Counted from the first letter of the stretch, positions 9,930 through 20,201 are shown. The stretch: DNA of 51,385 bases from an uncultured Bacteroides sp. (GCA_964423485.1 CAYRFB010000001.1:1-51385), one strand, 5' to 3'. Translations and numbers: made by a program. The notes: a model not told the origin generated them from the letters alone.

Positions 9930-12044
9930 TTATTGAATAGGTGTCAATGACAGGGCATAGCCGCCACAAGCCGCCACGGGGAGGGTCATAGTGCTACGAG
10001 AATCAACAGTGCGTGTCCCCACGACATAGTCCTGAGGCGCATCTTTGTAATGGGCGTTTTTACCGTCGCGATAGATTGTGGCTTTGTATTTGCGGTCCTT
10101 AGGCAGGAATGAAAAATCAAGCTTTGACTTTCTCGGCTCGGCTCCTGTGGTCGAACCGACGAACCAATCTTCACTACCCTTTGCTTTTCGGGCCACAGTG
10201 ATATACTCCATCGGTTCAGCCTCGAGATATACGCTCTGATCCCAGTCAAGGGCAACGTCTTTTATGAATTGGAATGCGTCCATAAAGCGCTCGTAAGTTT
10301 CGGGCAGGTCGGCTGCCATCTGTAGAGGCGAAGGCATAGTAACATAAAGCGAAAGCTGATGGGCGAGTGTTGAATTGACCCAGGCACTGCTGTAAGGATT
10401 GTATTTCGAGAGGTCGTTTTCAAAAAGACCGGGAGTATAGTCCATCGGACCTCCGATCAAACGAGTGAATGGCAAGATGGCAGTGTGACCCGGCTTGATG
10501 CCGCTGAAAGCGTGATACTCTGATCCTCGGGCAGATTCATTGCCTATAAGATTTGGCCAAGTGCGACACACTCCGGTCGGGCGGACCGCTTCATGGGCAT
10601 TATAGAGTATATGATATTGAGCGGCTTTCTCTACAACATATTGGTAATGATTGACCATCTGTTGATTGTAATGATGCTCGCCGCGAGGCATAACGTCATA
10701 GATATAACCGCCCTTAACCGACTCGTAAGAATTATCAACCATAAATTTGAAAGCTTCATCGAGCTGACGCTCATAGTCGGTGACTGCGCTCGCGGTCTCG
10801 TGATGCATCACAAGCTTAACGCCCTTTGACAAGGCATAGTCGCGGATTTTGTCAAGATCAAAATCAGGATACGGCTTAACGAAACTGAAAATCTTGTCCT
10901 TGCGTGTGGCATTATCTTCCCAGCCTTCGTTCCAGCCCTCGACGAGGACTCCGTCGAAGCCGTGCTCGGCAGCAAAATCGATGTAACGCAACACATTGTC
11001 GGTCGATGCTGCATGACGGCCATTTGGTTTTAGCTGAGTGAAATCTGTCTTGCCGATTTCGACGTTAGAGATATCGTCAGTGTAATGCCAGGTCGTTTTA
11101 CCGGTGATCATTTCCCACCACACGCCGATGTATTTGACGGGGTGGATCCAAGCCGTGTCTTCGATCTTACAAGGCTCGTTGAGGTTGAGGGTGATTCGTG
11201 AGGCGAGGATGTCGCGGGCATCGTCACTGACGATTATTGTGCGCCACGGCGTGGTCTGGCCTGCGATCATTGATGCTTTATCTCCGTTGGCGTAAGGAGT
11301 CAGATCTGCCTTAAATGTCATAGTCTCATCGTTAAGATCAAGACACATAGCGGGATAATTATACAAGGCCGCTTCATGAAGATTGACGTAAAGGCCGTCA
11401 TCATATTTCATCATAAGCGCTGTCTGGACGCCTGTAGGTGATGACGGTGAAGGCGAAACCGGGCCTCCGAGGTGAGCCTCATCCATTTTTTCACGAATTT
11501 CGGACAGTCGGCAGCGAGTATAATTAAACTCTTGTGAATCATAATCACCCGGAATCCAATAGGCGACAGCATCGCAGGGGATTGCAAATTCGGTCAGTTC
11601 ATCAGTGATGATAAATGATGCAAACGTCGGTTGCGGAGCCGGGAACTCATAACGGAAACCTACGCCGTCATCAAAAATGCGGAAACGGACATCAATGCGA
11701 CGCCCGGTCGAACGCTGCACAAGCTTTACAAGCAATTCATTATAATGGTTTCGGATGTCAGACTCCTCGCCCCAAACGGGCTGCCAAATCTCATCAAACG
11801 AGTCTTGGGTCTGACCGATAAGCTCGAAATCATCTTTCAAAGGCACAGCATCAAGCAGATTAAAGCCTAAATGACTGTCATTTATAACGTGGCGGCCGGC
11901 CAGATCGACATTATAAACCGGTGCGCCTTCGCCATCAAGGTCAAAACCAACGGCCACACGTCCGTCAGGTGAAGATATGGTCACTGCGCTCAACAACGCA
12001 GGAGATAAAGTTACAGTCAGGGCTATTGCAAGAAGCTTATTCAT
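9930..12044 (-). CDS. GH97 glycosidase, SusB-like inverting (alpha-glucosidase) subgroup
   Basis: LVEGWN, MHHET, NAHEAVRPTG, NESARGSEY and GPMDYTPG match SusB-type GH97a; VKGG lacks the Asp nucleophile of retaining GH97b. Confidence 0.92.
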   Translation of the reverse strand: MNKLLAIALTVTLSPALLSAVTISSPDGRVAVGFDLDGEGAPVYNVDLAGRHVINDSHLGFNLLDAVPLKDDFELIGQTQDSFDEIWQPVWGEESDIRNHYNELLVKLVQRSTGRRIDVRFRIFDDGVGFRYEFPAPQPTFASFIITDELTEFAIPCDAVAYWIPGDYDSQEFNYTRCRLSEIREKMDEAHLGGPVSPSPSSPTGVQTALMMKYDDGLYVNLHEAALYNYPAMCLDLNDETMTFKADLTPYANGDKASMIAGQTTPWRTIIVSDDARDILASRITLNLNEPCKIEDTAWIHPVKYIGVWWEMITGKTTWHYTDDISNVEIGKTDFTQLKPNGRHAASTDNVLRYIDFAAEHGFDGVLVEGWNEGWEDNATRKDKIFSFVKPYPDFDLDKIRDYALSKGVKLVMHHETASAVTDYERQLDEAFKFMVDNSYESVKGGYIYDVMPRGEHHYNQQMVNHYQYVVEKAAQYHILYNAHEAVRPTGVCRTWPNLIGNESARGSEYHAFSGIKPGHTAILPFTRLIGGPMDYTPGLFENDLSKYNPYSSAWVNSTLAHQLSLYVTMPSPLQMAADLPETYERFMDAFQFIKDVALDWDQSVYLEAEPMEYITVARKAKGSEDWFVGSTTGAEPRKSKLDFSFLPKDRKYKATIYRDGKNAHYKDAPQDYVVGTRTVDSRSTMTLPVAACGGYALSLTPIQ

Positions 12045-12072
12045 TGTAATGATTGGGTAACAAACAGTAGAT

Positions 12073-12112
12073 AAAAAAGCAAGGCGGCGCCTGCTATTAC
12101 GAGCCGCCTTGC
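12073..12112 (-). terminator. Intrinsic terminator after GH27, inside the PUL
   Basis: 10-bp perfect stem GCAAGGCGGC/GCCGCCTTGC (12079-12088/12103-12112) followed by T6 on the minus strand. Confidence 0.8.
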
Positions 12113-12131
12113 AAAAATCAGGTAAAAGGAT

Positions 12132-13370
12132 CTATCGTTTTGAGGCATTGTCAGCCAAAGAAAAACGATAGAGCACGACATCTTGACCGGGAATCGTTAG
12201 GGTGCGGTTTTTGTCAGTCACACCTTCATCCTTGCCGGTCCAAAGGTTTTTTATGTTGTAAAGGTTCTGTTCCGGATTAAAACGACGGTTGCTTATGTTA
12301 TCATAAGTAATCAGGTCATGCCAATTGAGATCTACCTTTCGAGGCGAGGTGTTACGATTAAACACACACAGAGCCCAATCGTCATTGACCAACGGTTTAA
12401 ACCAATATTCGACGCCATCTGTGGCATAGAAACGCCAGCCTTGCACTCCGAGCGGATCCTGATCAACTGCGATGACATCTTTGTTTGTCAAGATTGCTTT
12501 AGTCTCGGGTGACATGTCGCGGATGTCGTTGCCGAGAATGAGCGGAGCCGCCATCATACACCAGAGTGTGAAATGTGAACGGTCTTGGTTTTCAGTCATA
12601 CCATTACCGACCTCAAGCATATCGGGATCGTTCCAGTGTCCCGGGCCGGCGAACCTGCGCAGGGGCTCATTCTTGTCAACGATCTGCAACACGCCGTGCT
12701 CATCCCAGTCGCCATACCATTTGACGCCATCAAAATGGCATCCGATGTCGCCGGTGGTGCGCCACAAATGACCAATATCACCGGCCCACTCCCAAGGCTT
12801 GGTCGTGCCCCACTCACAGATACTGAAGACAATGGGACGACCGGCAGCATAAAGGGCGTCGCGCATGAGGCGGTAAGAGGCCTTTGTGTTCTGGTCAGGC
12901 GTATTGCACCAATCATATTTCAAATAGTCAATGCCCCAGTCTGCGTAAGTGAGAGCATCCTGGTATTCATGGCCGAGACTACCCGGCATACGAGCGCAAG
13001 TCATACATCCGGCATCACTATAAATGCCAATTTTCAAGCCTTTGTCATGGATGTAGTCTGCGAGGGCTTTGATTCCTGAGGGAAATTTCTCGGGATCGCA
13101 CTGGATATTGCCCTTGGCGTCACGCTGGCCGTGCCAGCAATCGTCGATGTTGACATAGACATATCCACAATCAGCAAGACCTGAAGAAACCATAGCATCG
13201 GCGATTTCCTTTATGTCTTTTTCGCTGATATTTCCTGCAAACTTGTTCCACGAGCTCCAACCCATAGGGGGAGTCTTGGCAAGATCGTCCCATTTCTGAG
13301 CATTGGCAGCCGAAGCTGCCAATATTGCTGCAGAAAAGGTTAGGACAGTTAGCTTTTGTATTAATTGCAT
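12132..13370 (-). CDS. GH27 alpha-galactosidase
   Basis: TPPMGWSSWN, VNIDDCW, IDYLKYDWC nucleophile, WRTTGDI acid/base, WNDPDML; signal peptide. Confidence 0.93.
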   Translation of the reverse strand: MQLIQKLTVLTFSAAILAASAANAQKWDDLAKTPPMGWSSWNKFAGNISEKDIKEIADAMVSSGLADCGYVYVNIDDCWHGQRDAKGNIQCDPEKFPSGIKALADYIHDKGLKIGIYSDAGCMTCARMPGSLGHEYQDALTYADWGIDYLKYDWCNTPDQNTKASYRLMRDALYAAGRPIVFSICEWGTTKPWEWAGDIGHLWRTTGDIGCHFDGVKWYGDWDEHGVLQIVDKNEPLRRFAGPGHWNDPDMLEVGNGMTENQDRSHFTLWCMMAAPLILGNDIRDMSPETKAILTNKDVIAVDQDPLGVQGWRFYATDGVEYWFKPLVNDDWALCVFNRNTSPRKVDLNWHDLITYDNISNRRFNPEQNLYNIKNLWTGKDEGVTDKNRTLTIPGQDVVLYRFSLADNASKR

Positions 13371-13421
13371 CTATTGGTGTTCAATTGATTAATTATACAT
13401 CAGGGAGAATTACCGGTATGA

Positions 13422-14795
13422 TCATTCACCCCAAGCGCTTATTTCTGAGATGGCCATCTTGGATGTGCCGTCATACGATTCGTTGATGATGAACTTGAGA
13501 TATCTGCCGGTCGAAGGCTTGACGTCAAATTCATAAGCCGAGGTGCCTTTTGACGGATAAGACCAGTCGGCAACTTTGGTCCAGGGACCATCAGGCGACA
13601 ACGAAACTTCGACCGTTCCGGCCTTGGAATTGAAGTAACGGCGGTTGGTGCTCGTCGGGGCTTCGATACCGATTTTGTAAAGGTCGCGATCCACACCGAA
13701 GTCAATGACTACCTCGACAGGCATCTCTGTTGGCTCAGTCCAGATAGAGCGCCAGTGAGTGTTAGTGGTGCCGTCAATCAGGAATTCGGGAGGATAGTTG
13801 CCCTCAACCTTATCCCAGTTAGGGATAGTGCGGATATCGGAGTTGCAAGAATAGATCGTCCACTTGGATTTGTCAATCTTCGAAGCTACAACCGTCACAG
13901 TGTAGAGTACATAGGCTTTGCTTTGGTCGATATTTGAAGATGACACATTCTGCAATCTGATCGGGAGCATGAAATTACCAAAGGTCGACGGTCCGTCAGC
14001 AGGGATTAGGGCCTCACGCTTAAAGGTGAAGTGGAAACGGTTTGATTTCATACTCTTCTTGATCTTCCAACCGTCGAGTGCGAGGTCATAAGCACCTTCA
14101 GGAAGCACTTGGAAATCAGTATTGTGCTCTTGATTATACTCTTCAACGAGCGTCGGGTCAATGGCAAGAGTGTAGTCGATATCCTCAGAGGGGATAAAAT
14201 TTGTCTGGACATCCATATAGACGAGCTCCTCGAGTGTGCTCTTACGCGTAGGCATAAGTCCAATCTGATAGCCTGATGACACCAAGCTGACCAACGGCTG
14301 CTCAATAACGGGCTGTATGATGGTAGTCAAGCGTTCATCGTTGATATTGACACCGGTTGAGTTGACTGACAGGCGCAGAGGCAAACCGATGTTAGGATTG
14401 GCTGCGAGAGCATCTGCGAGACGGTCCCGGTTCCAGGTTATCACAAAAGGCACCTGATAATCGTCAGGATTAATATGGAGAGTGCTGACTGTGAGAGTGT
14501 AGCAATCTGCCGGAATCAGACTGATAGACTGGGCCGCAGAGGCGTTGTAAGTAGAAAGCACAACATCATCGACCGAGATCGAAACATCGGCGCCCTGAAA
14601 GCCCTTGCCGCTCTTGAGCACATAAACTTCAGTAGGGTTATCGAGCCCAAGATAGACGTTTGTCGTAACAAGACCGGGGTTAAGGAGTGCCACGGTATCA
14701 TCTACCATATAGTTGTTGATCGCACTATCGCAGGCCGCGAACCCTAACGCACAGGCTGCAAAGATGCTTAGATATGATATTTTTTTCATATTCAT
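13422..14795 (-). CDS. Surface glycan-binding lipoprotein (two DUF1735-like domains + F5/8 type C/CBM32)
   Basis: Lipobox GFAAC-D; two repeats of the YNxx...LxPxxxY...LPxRL pattern; C-terminal LIDGTTNTHWRS...VIDFG...GRYLKF; directly downstream of susD. Confidence 0.82.
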   Translation of the reverse strand: MNMKKISYLSIFAACALGFAACDSAINNYMVDDTVALLNPGLVTTNVYLGLDNPTEVYVLKSGKGFQGADVSISVDDVVLSTYNASAAQSISLIPADCYTLTVSTLHINPDDYQVPFVITWNRDRLADALAANPNIGLPLRLSVNSTGVNINDERLTTIIQPVIEQPLVSLVSSGYQIGLMPTRKSTLEELVYMDVQTNFIPSEDIDYTLAIDPTLVEEYNQEHNTDFQVLPEGAYDLALDGWKIKKSMKSNRFHFTFKREALIPADGPSTFGNFMLPIRLQNVSSSNIDQSKAYVLYTVTVVASKIDKSKWTIYSCNSDIRTIPNWDKVEGNYPPEFLIDGTTNTHWRSIWTEPTEMPVEVVIDFGVDRDLYKIGIEAPTSTNRRYFNSKAGTVEVSLSPDGPWTKVADWSYPSKGTSAYEFDVKPSTGRYLKFIINESYDGTSKMAISEISAWGE

Positions 14796-14812
14796 AGTTT
14801 ATTATCGATGGT

Positions 14813-16747
14813 TTACCAACCGTAGTTCTGAGTAATGTTTTTCATCTCACTCAACTGGATCTGGTTGATCGGGAAGAAATAATGCTTAGGCTGGAACAGG
14901 TTGTCAGAACCGGCCCAAACTTTAGTCGTGCGGCCATAAGATGACTCGTAATTTGTAGCGAGAAGGTTGAGAGTCCAGTTAGGACCGGTGAACTCTTTCT
15001 CAGCGATCATCCAGCGACGGGCATCGTAGTAACGGTGGCCCTCAAAGGCGAGCTCGACCATGCGCTCCTTGCGGATCATCTGGCGCAGAGCGTTCTGATC
15101 AGAAAGGAAGTTATACTCAGGATAAGCCTCCTCGAGATTGTTGAGACCTGCGCGGTTACGTATCATATTAATGTATTTTAATGATTCTGCGGGCTCACGG
15201 TTAGGCTTCTCGTTGCAAGCCTCAGCATAGTTGAGATAGATCTCGGCCAGTCGGTAGTAGAACCAGAAATATGTGCCCCAGTTGCCGTTTTCGTAGTCGA
15301 TGTCAGTCGGGATGAAGCGGCGCCAGAAATAACCGACCTTCACGCAGTCACCGGCACGGAGGGGTGAGTTGCCACCTGTCTGGAAATAGACTTCTGTATT
15401 GCCACCGGCAATGAAGTCGTTGATAAACTTGAAGCCATTAGCGAAAACTGACGCGTAGAAACGAGCGTCACGGCCGACGCAGCTCTTGTGAGCCTTGATT
15501 GCGCCAAAGCGTGGACCCTCGATGGGGTGCTCCCAGCCGCTGACAAAGCCATCATCCTCATAACCAGAGAGCGGATCGACAATAGGCATGCCGTTGCTGT
15601 CATACGCTTGCTCGTTGACGGGGTTGATCGGGTATCGGCCTGATTCAGCCATAGGATAAGAGTCGACGAGTTTGAGTGACGGGCAATACTGGCCACAACC
15701 CATTTTTGTGATCAGCGGAGGCAGAGCGAAGTGACGGTTGAAGCAGGCAATATTATAATAATTAACCTGATAACGAGGCCAATATCCCCAGATAACTTCT
15801 TCATTCCAAGCTTCAAACTGAACGTTCTGATAGGCCTTGATGGCGCGTTTCATTGGATCAGTCTCAGTGTCGTTGGTCTTCAATGAATAAAGACCAAGAT
15901 CAATCACGGCTTTGGCAGCCTGGGCGGCCTTTTCCCATTTCTGAGGATCAGGAGTCTGGGGGAAAAGATAGTCACCCCAGCGATTCATAAGTTTGCCTTT
16001 GTAGAGATCGCAACCGTTAAAAAGTGGGCTCGCAGCATAGAGAAGGATGCGCGACTTGGCAGCCATTGCAGCACCCTTGGTGATACGGCCTGCAAATGTC
16101 TTGGTGTCAGCAAGCGTCAACGGGAGATCTTCGATAGCCTTATCAATCTCAGAAACGATGAAGTTGACATTTTCATCTACAGTGTGTCGGTCGATTTCGT
16201 CAGGCTTGATGGTAGGATTAGAGCGCTGATCGCCCCACACATAAACCGGGCCATAGCGACGCAAAAGCTGGAAGTAGCTGTAAGCACGAACCATACGGGC
16301 CTCAGCCTTCATCTGACGTTTTTCATCGGCAGAGAGGTCAGGACAACGGTCAACGTTCTCCATGAAAATACCTGCCTGCTCGATGCCGGTATACTGATAT
16401 TTCCATATATTAAAGTAAGGAGTTGTCGGGCCCCAGTCGCCGGTACGGAAGTTGAGATATGTGCTCCACTGATAGGTCGAGAACATAGCTTCGTCGCTCA
16501 TCGGCACGACAGCACCATCGCCACCGGGGAATACCTCGGCTGTGGAGTTTGTGCCCTGATACTCCGCCTCATAGGGCAGATAACTGTAAACGTGAGCGAG
16601 ATAATTAAGAGTTGTCGCACGTTTTTCGAAGACCTTTTCGATAGTCAACTGGTCTTCGAGCTGCACATCAAGATAGTCGCTGCAAGCTGTAAACGCAAAC
16701 GACGCCGAAAGCAGTGCAAAACCGAAAAGTTTTATTTTAATATTCAT
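14813..16747 (-). CDS. susD: RagB/SusD family glycan-binding lipoprotein
   Basis: Lipobox FTAC-SDYLD; AEARMVRAYSYFQLLRRYGPV, RLAEIYLNYAEA, ERMVELAFEGHRYYDARRW, terminal QNYGW. Confidence 0.95.
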   Translation of the reverse strand: MNIKIKLFGFALLSASFAFTACSDYLDVQLEDQLTIEKVFEKRATTLNYLAHVYSYLPYEAEYQGTNSTAEVFPGGDGAVVPMSDEAMFSTYQWSTYLNFRTGDWGPTTPYFNIWKYQYTGIEQAGIFMENVDRCPDLSADEKRQMKAEARMVRAYSYFQLLRRYGPVYVWGDQRSNPTIKPDEIDRHTVDENVNFIVSEIDKAIEDLPLTLADTKTFAGRITKGAAMAAKSRILLYAASPLFNGCDLYKGKLMNRWGDYLFPQTPDPQKWEKAAQAAKAVIDLGLYSLKTNDTETDPMKRAIKAYQNVQFEAWNEEVIWGYWPRYQVNYYNIACFNRHFALPPLITKMGCGQYCPSLKLVDSYPMAESGRYPINPVNEQAYDSNGMPIVDPLSGYEDDGFVSGWEHPIEGPRFGAIKAHKSCVGRDARFYASVFANGFKFINDFIAGGNTEVYFQTGGNSPLRAGDCVKVGYFWRRFIPTDIDYENGNWGTYFWFYYRLAEIYLNYAEACNEKPNREPAESLKYINMIRNRAGLNNLEEAYPEYNFLSDQNALRQMIRKERMVELAFEGHRYYDARRWMIAEKEFTGPNWTLNLLATNYESSYGRTTKVWAGSDNLFQPKHYFFPINQIQLSEMKNITQNYGW

Positions 16748-16761
16748 AGTGAATTTACAGA

Positions 16762-19700
16762 TTAGAAGTTAACGTTAAGACCTACAGCGCCTGTACGCAT
16801 CTGGGGATACTTTGCACCGCTGTTAGATTCGAGCTCGGGATCCCAGAGTTTAAATTTGCTGAATGTCAAGAGGTTGTTGCCGGTTACATAGACGCGGACA
16901 TTTGAGATGCCGGCCTTTTCAAACCATTTCTTGGGGAAGGTGTAACCGATTTCAGCATTCTTGAGACGGATAAAGCTGCAATCGCGCTGCCAGTATGTCG
17001 ATGCTTCCTGGTTGTTTGCCACCTTGGTGAGCGCAAGACGAGGGAACATTGCGTTGGGGTCGGGATTGTCGATAGTCCAACGGTTGTCGGCAACCTCAGA
17101 ATAAATCTGGCCCTTGGTCCAAAGGTTTTCTGACTGGCCGTAGAATGAGGGGCTGCTCAACAGACGGGTAATATGGCCGACACCTTGGAAGAAGACTGAA
17201 ACATCAATGCCTTTCCAGGTTGCACTCACGCCAAAGCCGTAGTTGATTTCCGGAATATAAGTATAACCGATGGCTACACGGTCATATGCGTCGATCACAC
17301 CGTCGCCGTTGATATCCTTATACTTGATATCGCCGGGGCGAACCTCGCCGCCGAAAGTCTGAACGGGGCTACGGGCGATATCCTCTTCTGACTCGAAAAG
17401 ACCGAGAGCGATAAGACCACGCTGCTGGAGATAAGCAAAGCCGGCTTCATTCTGATAAGGCCATACTTGTGAGGGCTTATCGTTGTCGATAAGGTTGTTG
17501 CGGTTATAGGTAAATGTTCCGCGAGCTGAGAGGAAGACGTCGCCAAGCTTCTTGTTGTACTCCAACGTAGCATCGATACCCTGGTTTCTCATCTTACCGA
17601 GATTGACATACTGGGTCACGTTGTTACCTACAACCGAAGGTATTGACTGCTGCATAATAAAGATGCCAGAACGCTTTTCGTAGAAGTAGTCGGCGTTAAG
17701 AGTAAGCGATGAGTTGAAGAAACCGAGTTCGAAACCTATGTTCTTCTTGATTGCCTTTTCCCAAGAAACGTTTTCGTTGCCGGGGACGCCGGTCGCGATA
17801 CCTGAGTAGTTAGGAGACATATGAGAGTCGAGACCCCAGATATAGCCAGTTACGCCTGACTGCATCTCGGTATTGAAGGCAAAACGGCGGTTACCACCGA
17901 TCTGGTCGTTACCGATCTCACCATAAGAAGCCTTAAACTTAAGAAGATTGATGACCGGAGTGATAGGCTCCCAGAATTTTTCGTTACTGATGATATAGCC
18001 TAACGCATAAGAGGGGAAGAAGCCGAAACGGTGTTTCGGTGCAAAGTTTTCAGAACCGTTGTAACCGAAGTTAAACTCGGCGAAGTAGCGGTTGTCGAAA
18101 GAGTAAGTTGCGCGGCCTGCGATACCGGTGTTACGGTTTGAGATACCTTCAATAAAGTTGTAAGGGAAGTTGTTGGTGTACTCACGCATATTGAAGTTGA
18201 ACATGCCGCTGACGTGATGAACGTCTTTGAACACACGGTCATAGGTAACGGCTGCTTCGAAGTTTGTGTTGCGGTTACCGCTGTTACTTCTGCCGAGCTG
18301 AAGGTAGTCGGTGCCGGCCTCGAGCTCGTGGAAAATCAGGTTGCCGTCTTCGTCGCGACCGCCATCGGTTGCGACGTCAACATAGTAAGTGGTCGGGCGC
18401 ATCGTGCGGTCAACAGTCGATGCAGTATAAGCGTCCCACGCAAATTTGACGGTAGCCTTAAGACCCGGGGTTATGATGTCAGAGAAATCCTGAGTCAGCG
18501 ACACCAATGACTGAGTGCTGGTCGAGAAATCCTGAGAATAACCGGTAGAGTTGATCATATAATAAGGGTTCCAGCCGTTCTTCGGACGAGCAGGGGTGCC
18601 GTCAGAGAAGACGGGTGCGGTAGCAACCGGGGTGGTGAGCAACACCCAGTTGTAGATTTCCTGCAAGGTGTAACCGGGACGGTTTCTTGTAGAGTAAAGA
18701 GTCGAAATCGAAAGTCCGACTTCAGTAGTGCGTGTGATATTAACATCAACGTTTGCACGGAAGTTATACTTAGTGTATTTCATCTGTGCATCATAGCGCG
18801 AATTGTCGGCGATATTGAAGAGCGAGCTCTCAGAGTAAACCGATCCACCCATATAATAACGCACCTTATCTGTACCACCCGAAACGCTGACGTTGGCTCG
18901 GATTGTGCTGGCGTGATCCTTGAAGATGGTCTTCATCCAGTCAACATTAGGATAGAGATCAGGATCAGAACCGTTTAGATATTTTTGAACTTCGAGCGGC
19001 TGGATGATAGCGCCACCGGCATCGAGCTGAATGTCATTGTAATAGTTCAGCCACTGCTCGGCAGAAGCCAATTTGGGGAGCTTAACTGCATTGGTAAAAC
19101 CATACTCCACTTTTGCGCTGACTTTAGGCTTAGACTCAGAGCCGCGCTTAGTGGTAATGAGTACGATGCCGTTAGCACCGCGGACACCGTAAAGTGCTGT
19201 GGCAGTTGCGTCTTTAAGGATTGAGAATGTCTGGATATCTTCGGGGTCAACAAGGTCCATAGAGCGCTCGACTCCATCGACAAGAACAAGCGGACGGTTG
19301 TTAGCGCCAAACGAAGAGATACCGCGGATCCAGAAGTCAGCACTGGTGCCCGGCTCGGCCGAACGCTGCATGACGACAGCACCTGCAATCTTACCTGCAA
19401 TTGCCGATGAAAGATTTGACACGGGCACCTTAAGCATCGTAGCGTCGATGGTCGAAATAGCACCAACGACACTCTCTTTCTTCTGTCTACCATAAGCTAC
19501 GGCGACGACTTCGTCGAGTTCGTTGCTCAAAGGTTCCAATTTGAAGGTATAATCTTTGCTGTCACCGACAGTCACAGACTGAGGTGTATAGCCCAGATAT
19601 GATACTTCGATCACACTGCCCGGCGCAACGTCCATAGTGAAAGTACCATCAATGCCGGTCATAACGCCTCGTGAATCACCTTTAACTTTTATAACCGCGC

Positions 19701-19884
19701 CAGGAATTCCTTCGCCGACTTCATCGACAACTGTCCCGACAATCTTCGTCACAGGCCCTTTGACCTTGCCGGTCTTAGCTTGCGGGGCAGATGAGTCTGC
19801 TGCATAAATGCCGCATGGCATAACGCTTAACGCAGCCACCAGACACCATAGCCTGATAATGCTCTGTCGTTTTAGCATAAACAT
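16762..19884 (-). CDS. susC: SusC/RagA TonB-dependent transporter
   Basis: Carboxypeptidase-regulatory-like N-domain, LDEVVAVAYG, ILKDATATALYGVRGANGIVLITTKRG plug motif, C-terminal Phe. Confidence 0.97.
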   Translation of the reverse strand: MFMLKRQSIIRLWCLVAALSVMPCGIYAADSSAPQAKTGKVKGPVTKIVGTVVDEVGEGIPGAVIKVKGDSRGVMTGIDGTFTMDVAPGSVIEVSYLGYTPQSVTVGDSKDYTFKLEPLSNELDEVVAVAYGRQKKESVVGAISTIDATMLKVPVSNLSSAIAGKIAGAVVMQRSAEPGTSADFWIRGISSFGANNRPLVLVDGVERSMDLVDPEDIQTFSILKDATATALYGVRGANGIVLITTKRGSESKPKVSAKVEYGFTNAVKLPKLASAEQWLNYYNDIQLDAGGAIIQPLEVQKYLNGSDPDLYPNVDWMKTIFKDHASTIRANVSVSGGTDKVRYYMGGSVYSESSLFNIADNSRYDAQMKYTKYNFRANVDVNITRTTEVGLSISTLYSTRNRPGYTLQEIYNWVLLTTPVATAPVFSDGTPARPKNGWNPYYMINSTGYSQDFSTSTQSLVSLTQDFSDIITPGLKATVKFAWDAYTASTVDRTMRPTTYYVDVATDGGRDEDGNLIFHELEAGTDYLQLGRSNSGNRNTNFEAAVTYDRVFKDVHHVSGMFNFNMREYTNNFPYNFIEGISNRNTGIAGRATYSFDNRYFAEFNFGYNGSENFAPKHRFGFFPSYALGYIISNEKFWEPITPVINLLKFKASYGEIGNDQIGGNRRFAFNTEMQSGVTGYIWGLDSHMSPNYSGIATGVPGNENVSWEKAIKKNIGFELGFFNSSLTLNADYFYEKRSGIFIMQQSIPSVVGNNVTQYVNLGKMRNQGIDATLEYNKKLGDVFLSARGTFTYNRNNLIDNDKPSQVWPYQNEAGFAYLQQRGLIALGLFESEEDIARSPVQTFGGEVRPGDIKYKDINGDGVIDAYDRVAIGYTYIPEINYGFGVSATWKGIDVSVFFQGVGHITRLLSSPSFYGQSENLWTKGQIYSEVADNRWTIDNPDPNAMFPRLALTKVANNQEASTYWQRDCSFIRLKNAEIGYTFPKKWFEKAGISNVRVYVTGNNLLTFSKFKLWDPELESNSGAKYPQMRTGAVGLNVNF

Positions 19885-19946
19885 TAGTTTTTTGATATAA
19901 TATTATTAAGGTTTTAAAATTTCTTATATATGGTGAGATTTCAGAT

Positions 19947-19990
19947 AAAAAAGAACGCCCGGACTCCAGGGTTAATGAGCCCGGACGTCC
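19947..19990 (-). terminator. Intrinsic terminator-like hairpin in the susC leader
   Basis: Minus strand GGACGTCCGGGCTC-N10-GAGTCCGGGCGTTC-TTTTTT: 14-bp stem, fully paired only on this strand (three G-U pairs). Confidence 0.78.
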
Positions 19991-20034
19991 TACCTATCTA
20001 AATCTATTACCCTGTCAGTATTAATCTTCAAAAG

Positions 20035-20066
20035 CAAAATTAATACGACGAAATGTTAAAATCAAA
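20035..20066 (-). promoter_or_regulatory. Bacteroidetes sigmaA promoter upstream of susC
   Basis: Minus strand TTTG (20066-20063), 20-nt spacer, TAATTTTG (20042-20035). Confidence 0.75.
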
Positions 20067-20076
20067 GCTATTAATA

Positions 20077-20176
20077 ACAATTAAGGTTGTATTAAAATAC
20101 AATTTATTATTATTCAATATATTAATATATACATCCAAGAGCAATAATTAAGTATATTATTGCGACAATCAAGGTT
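20077..20176. promoter_or_regulatory. 12-bp direct repeat, candidate SusR-like operator
   Basis: ACAATTAAGGTT (20077-20088) and ACAATCAAGGTT (20165-20176), 88 bp apart with an AT-rich spacer; the proximal copy is 10 bp from the -33 element. Confidence 0.5.
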
Positions 20177-20201
20177 AAAAAAATGCGGATTTTGTGGAGA
20201 T

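Noticed and set aside
20179-20193. AAAAATGCGGATTTT, similar to the FrhB-gene repeat
   Set aside because: Matches only the AT-rich half, with no hairpin or CAGTCCAC; probably chance.
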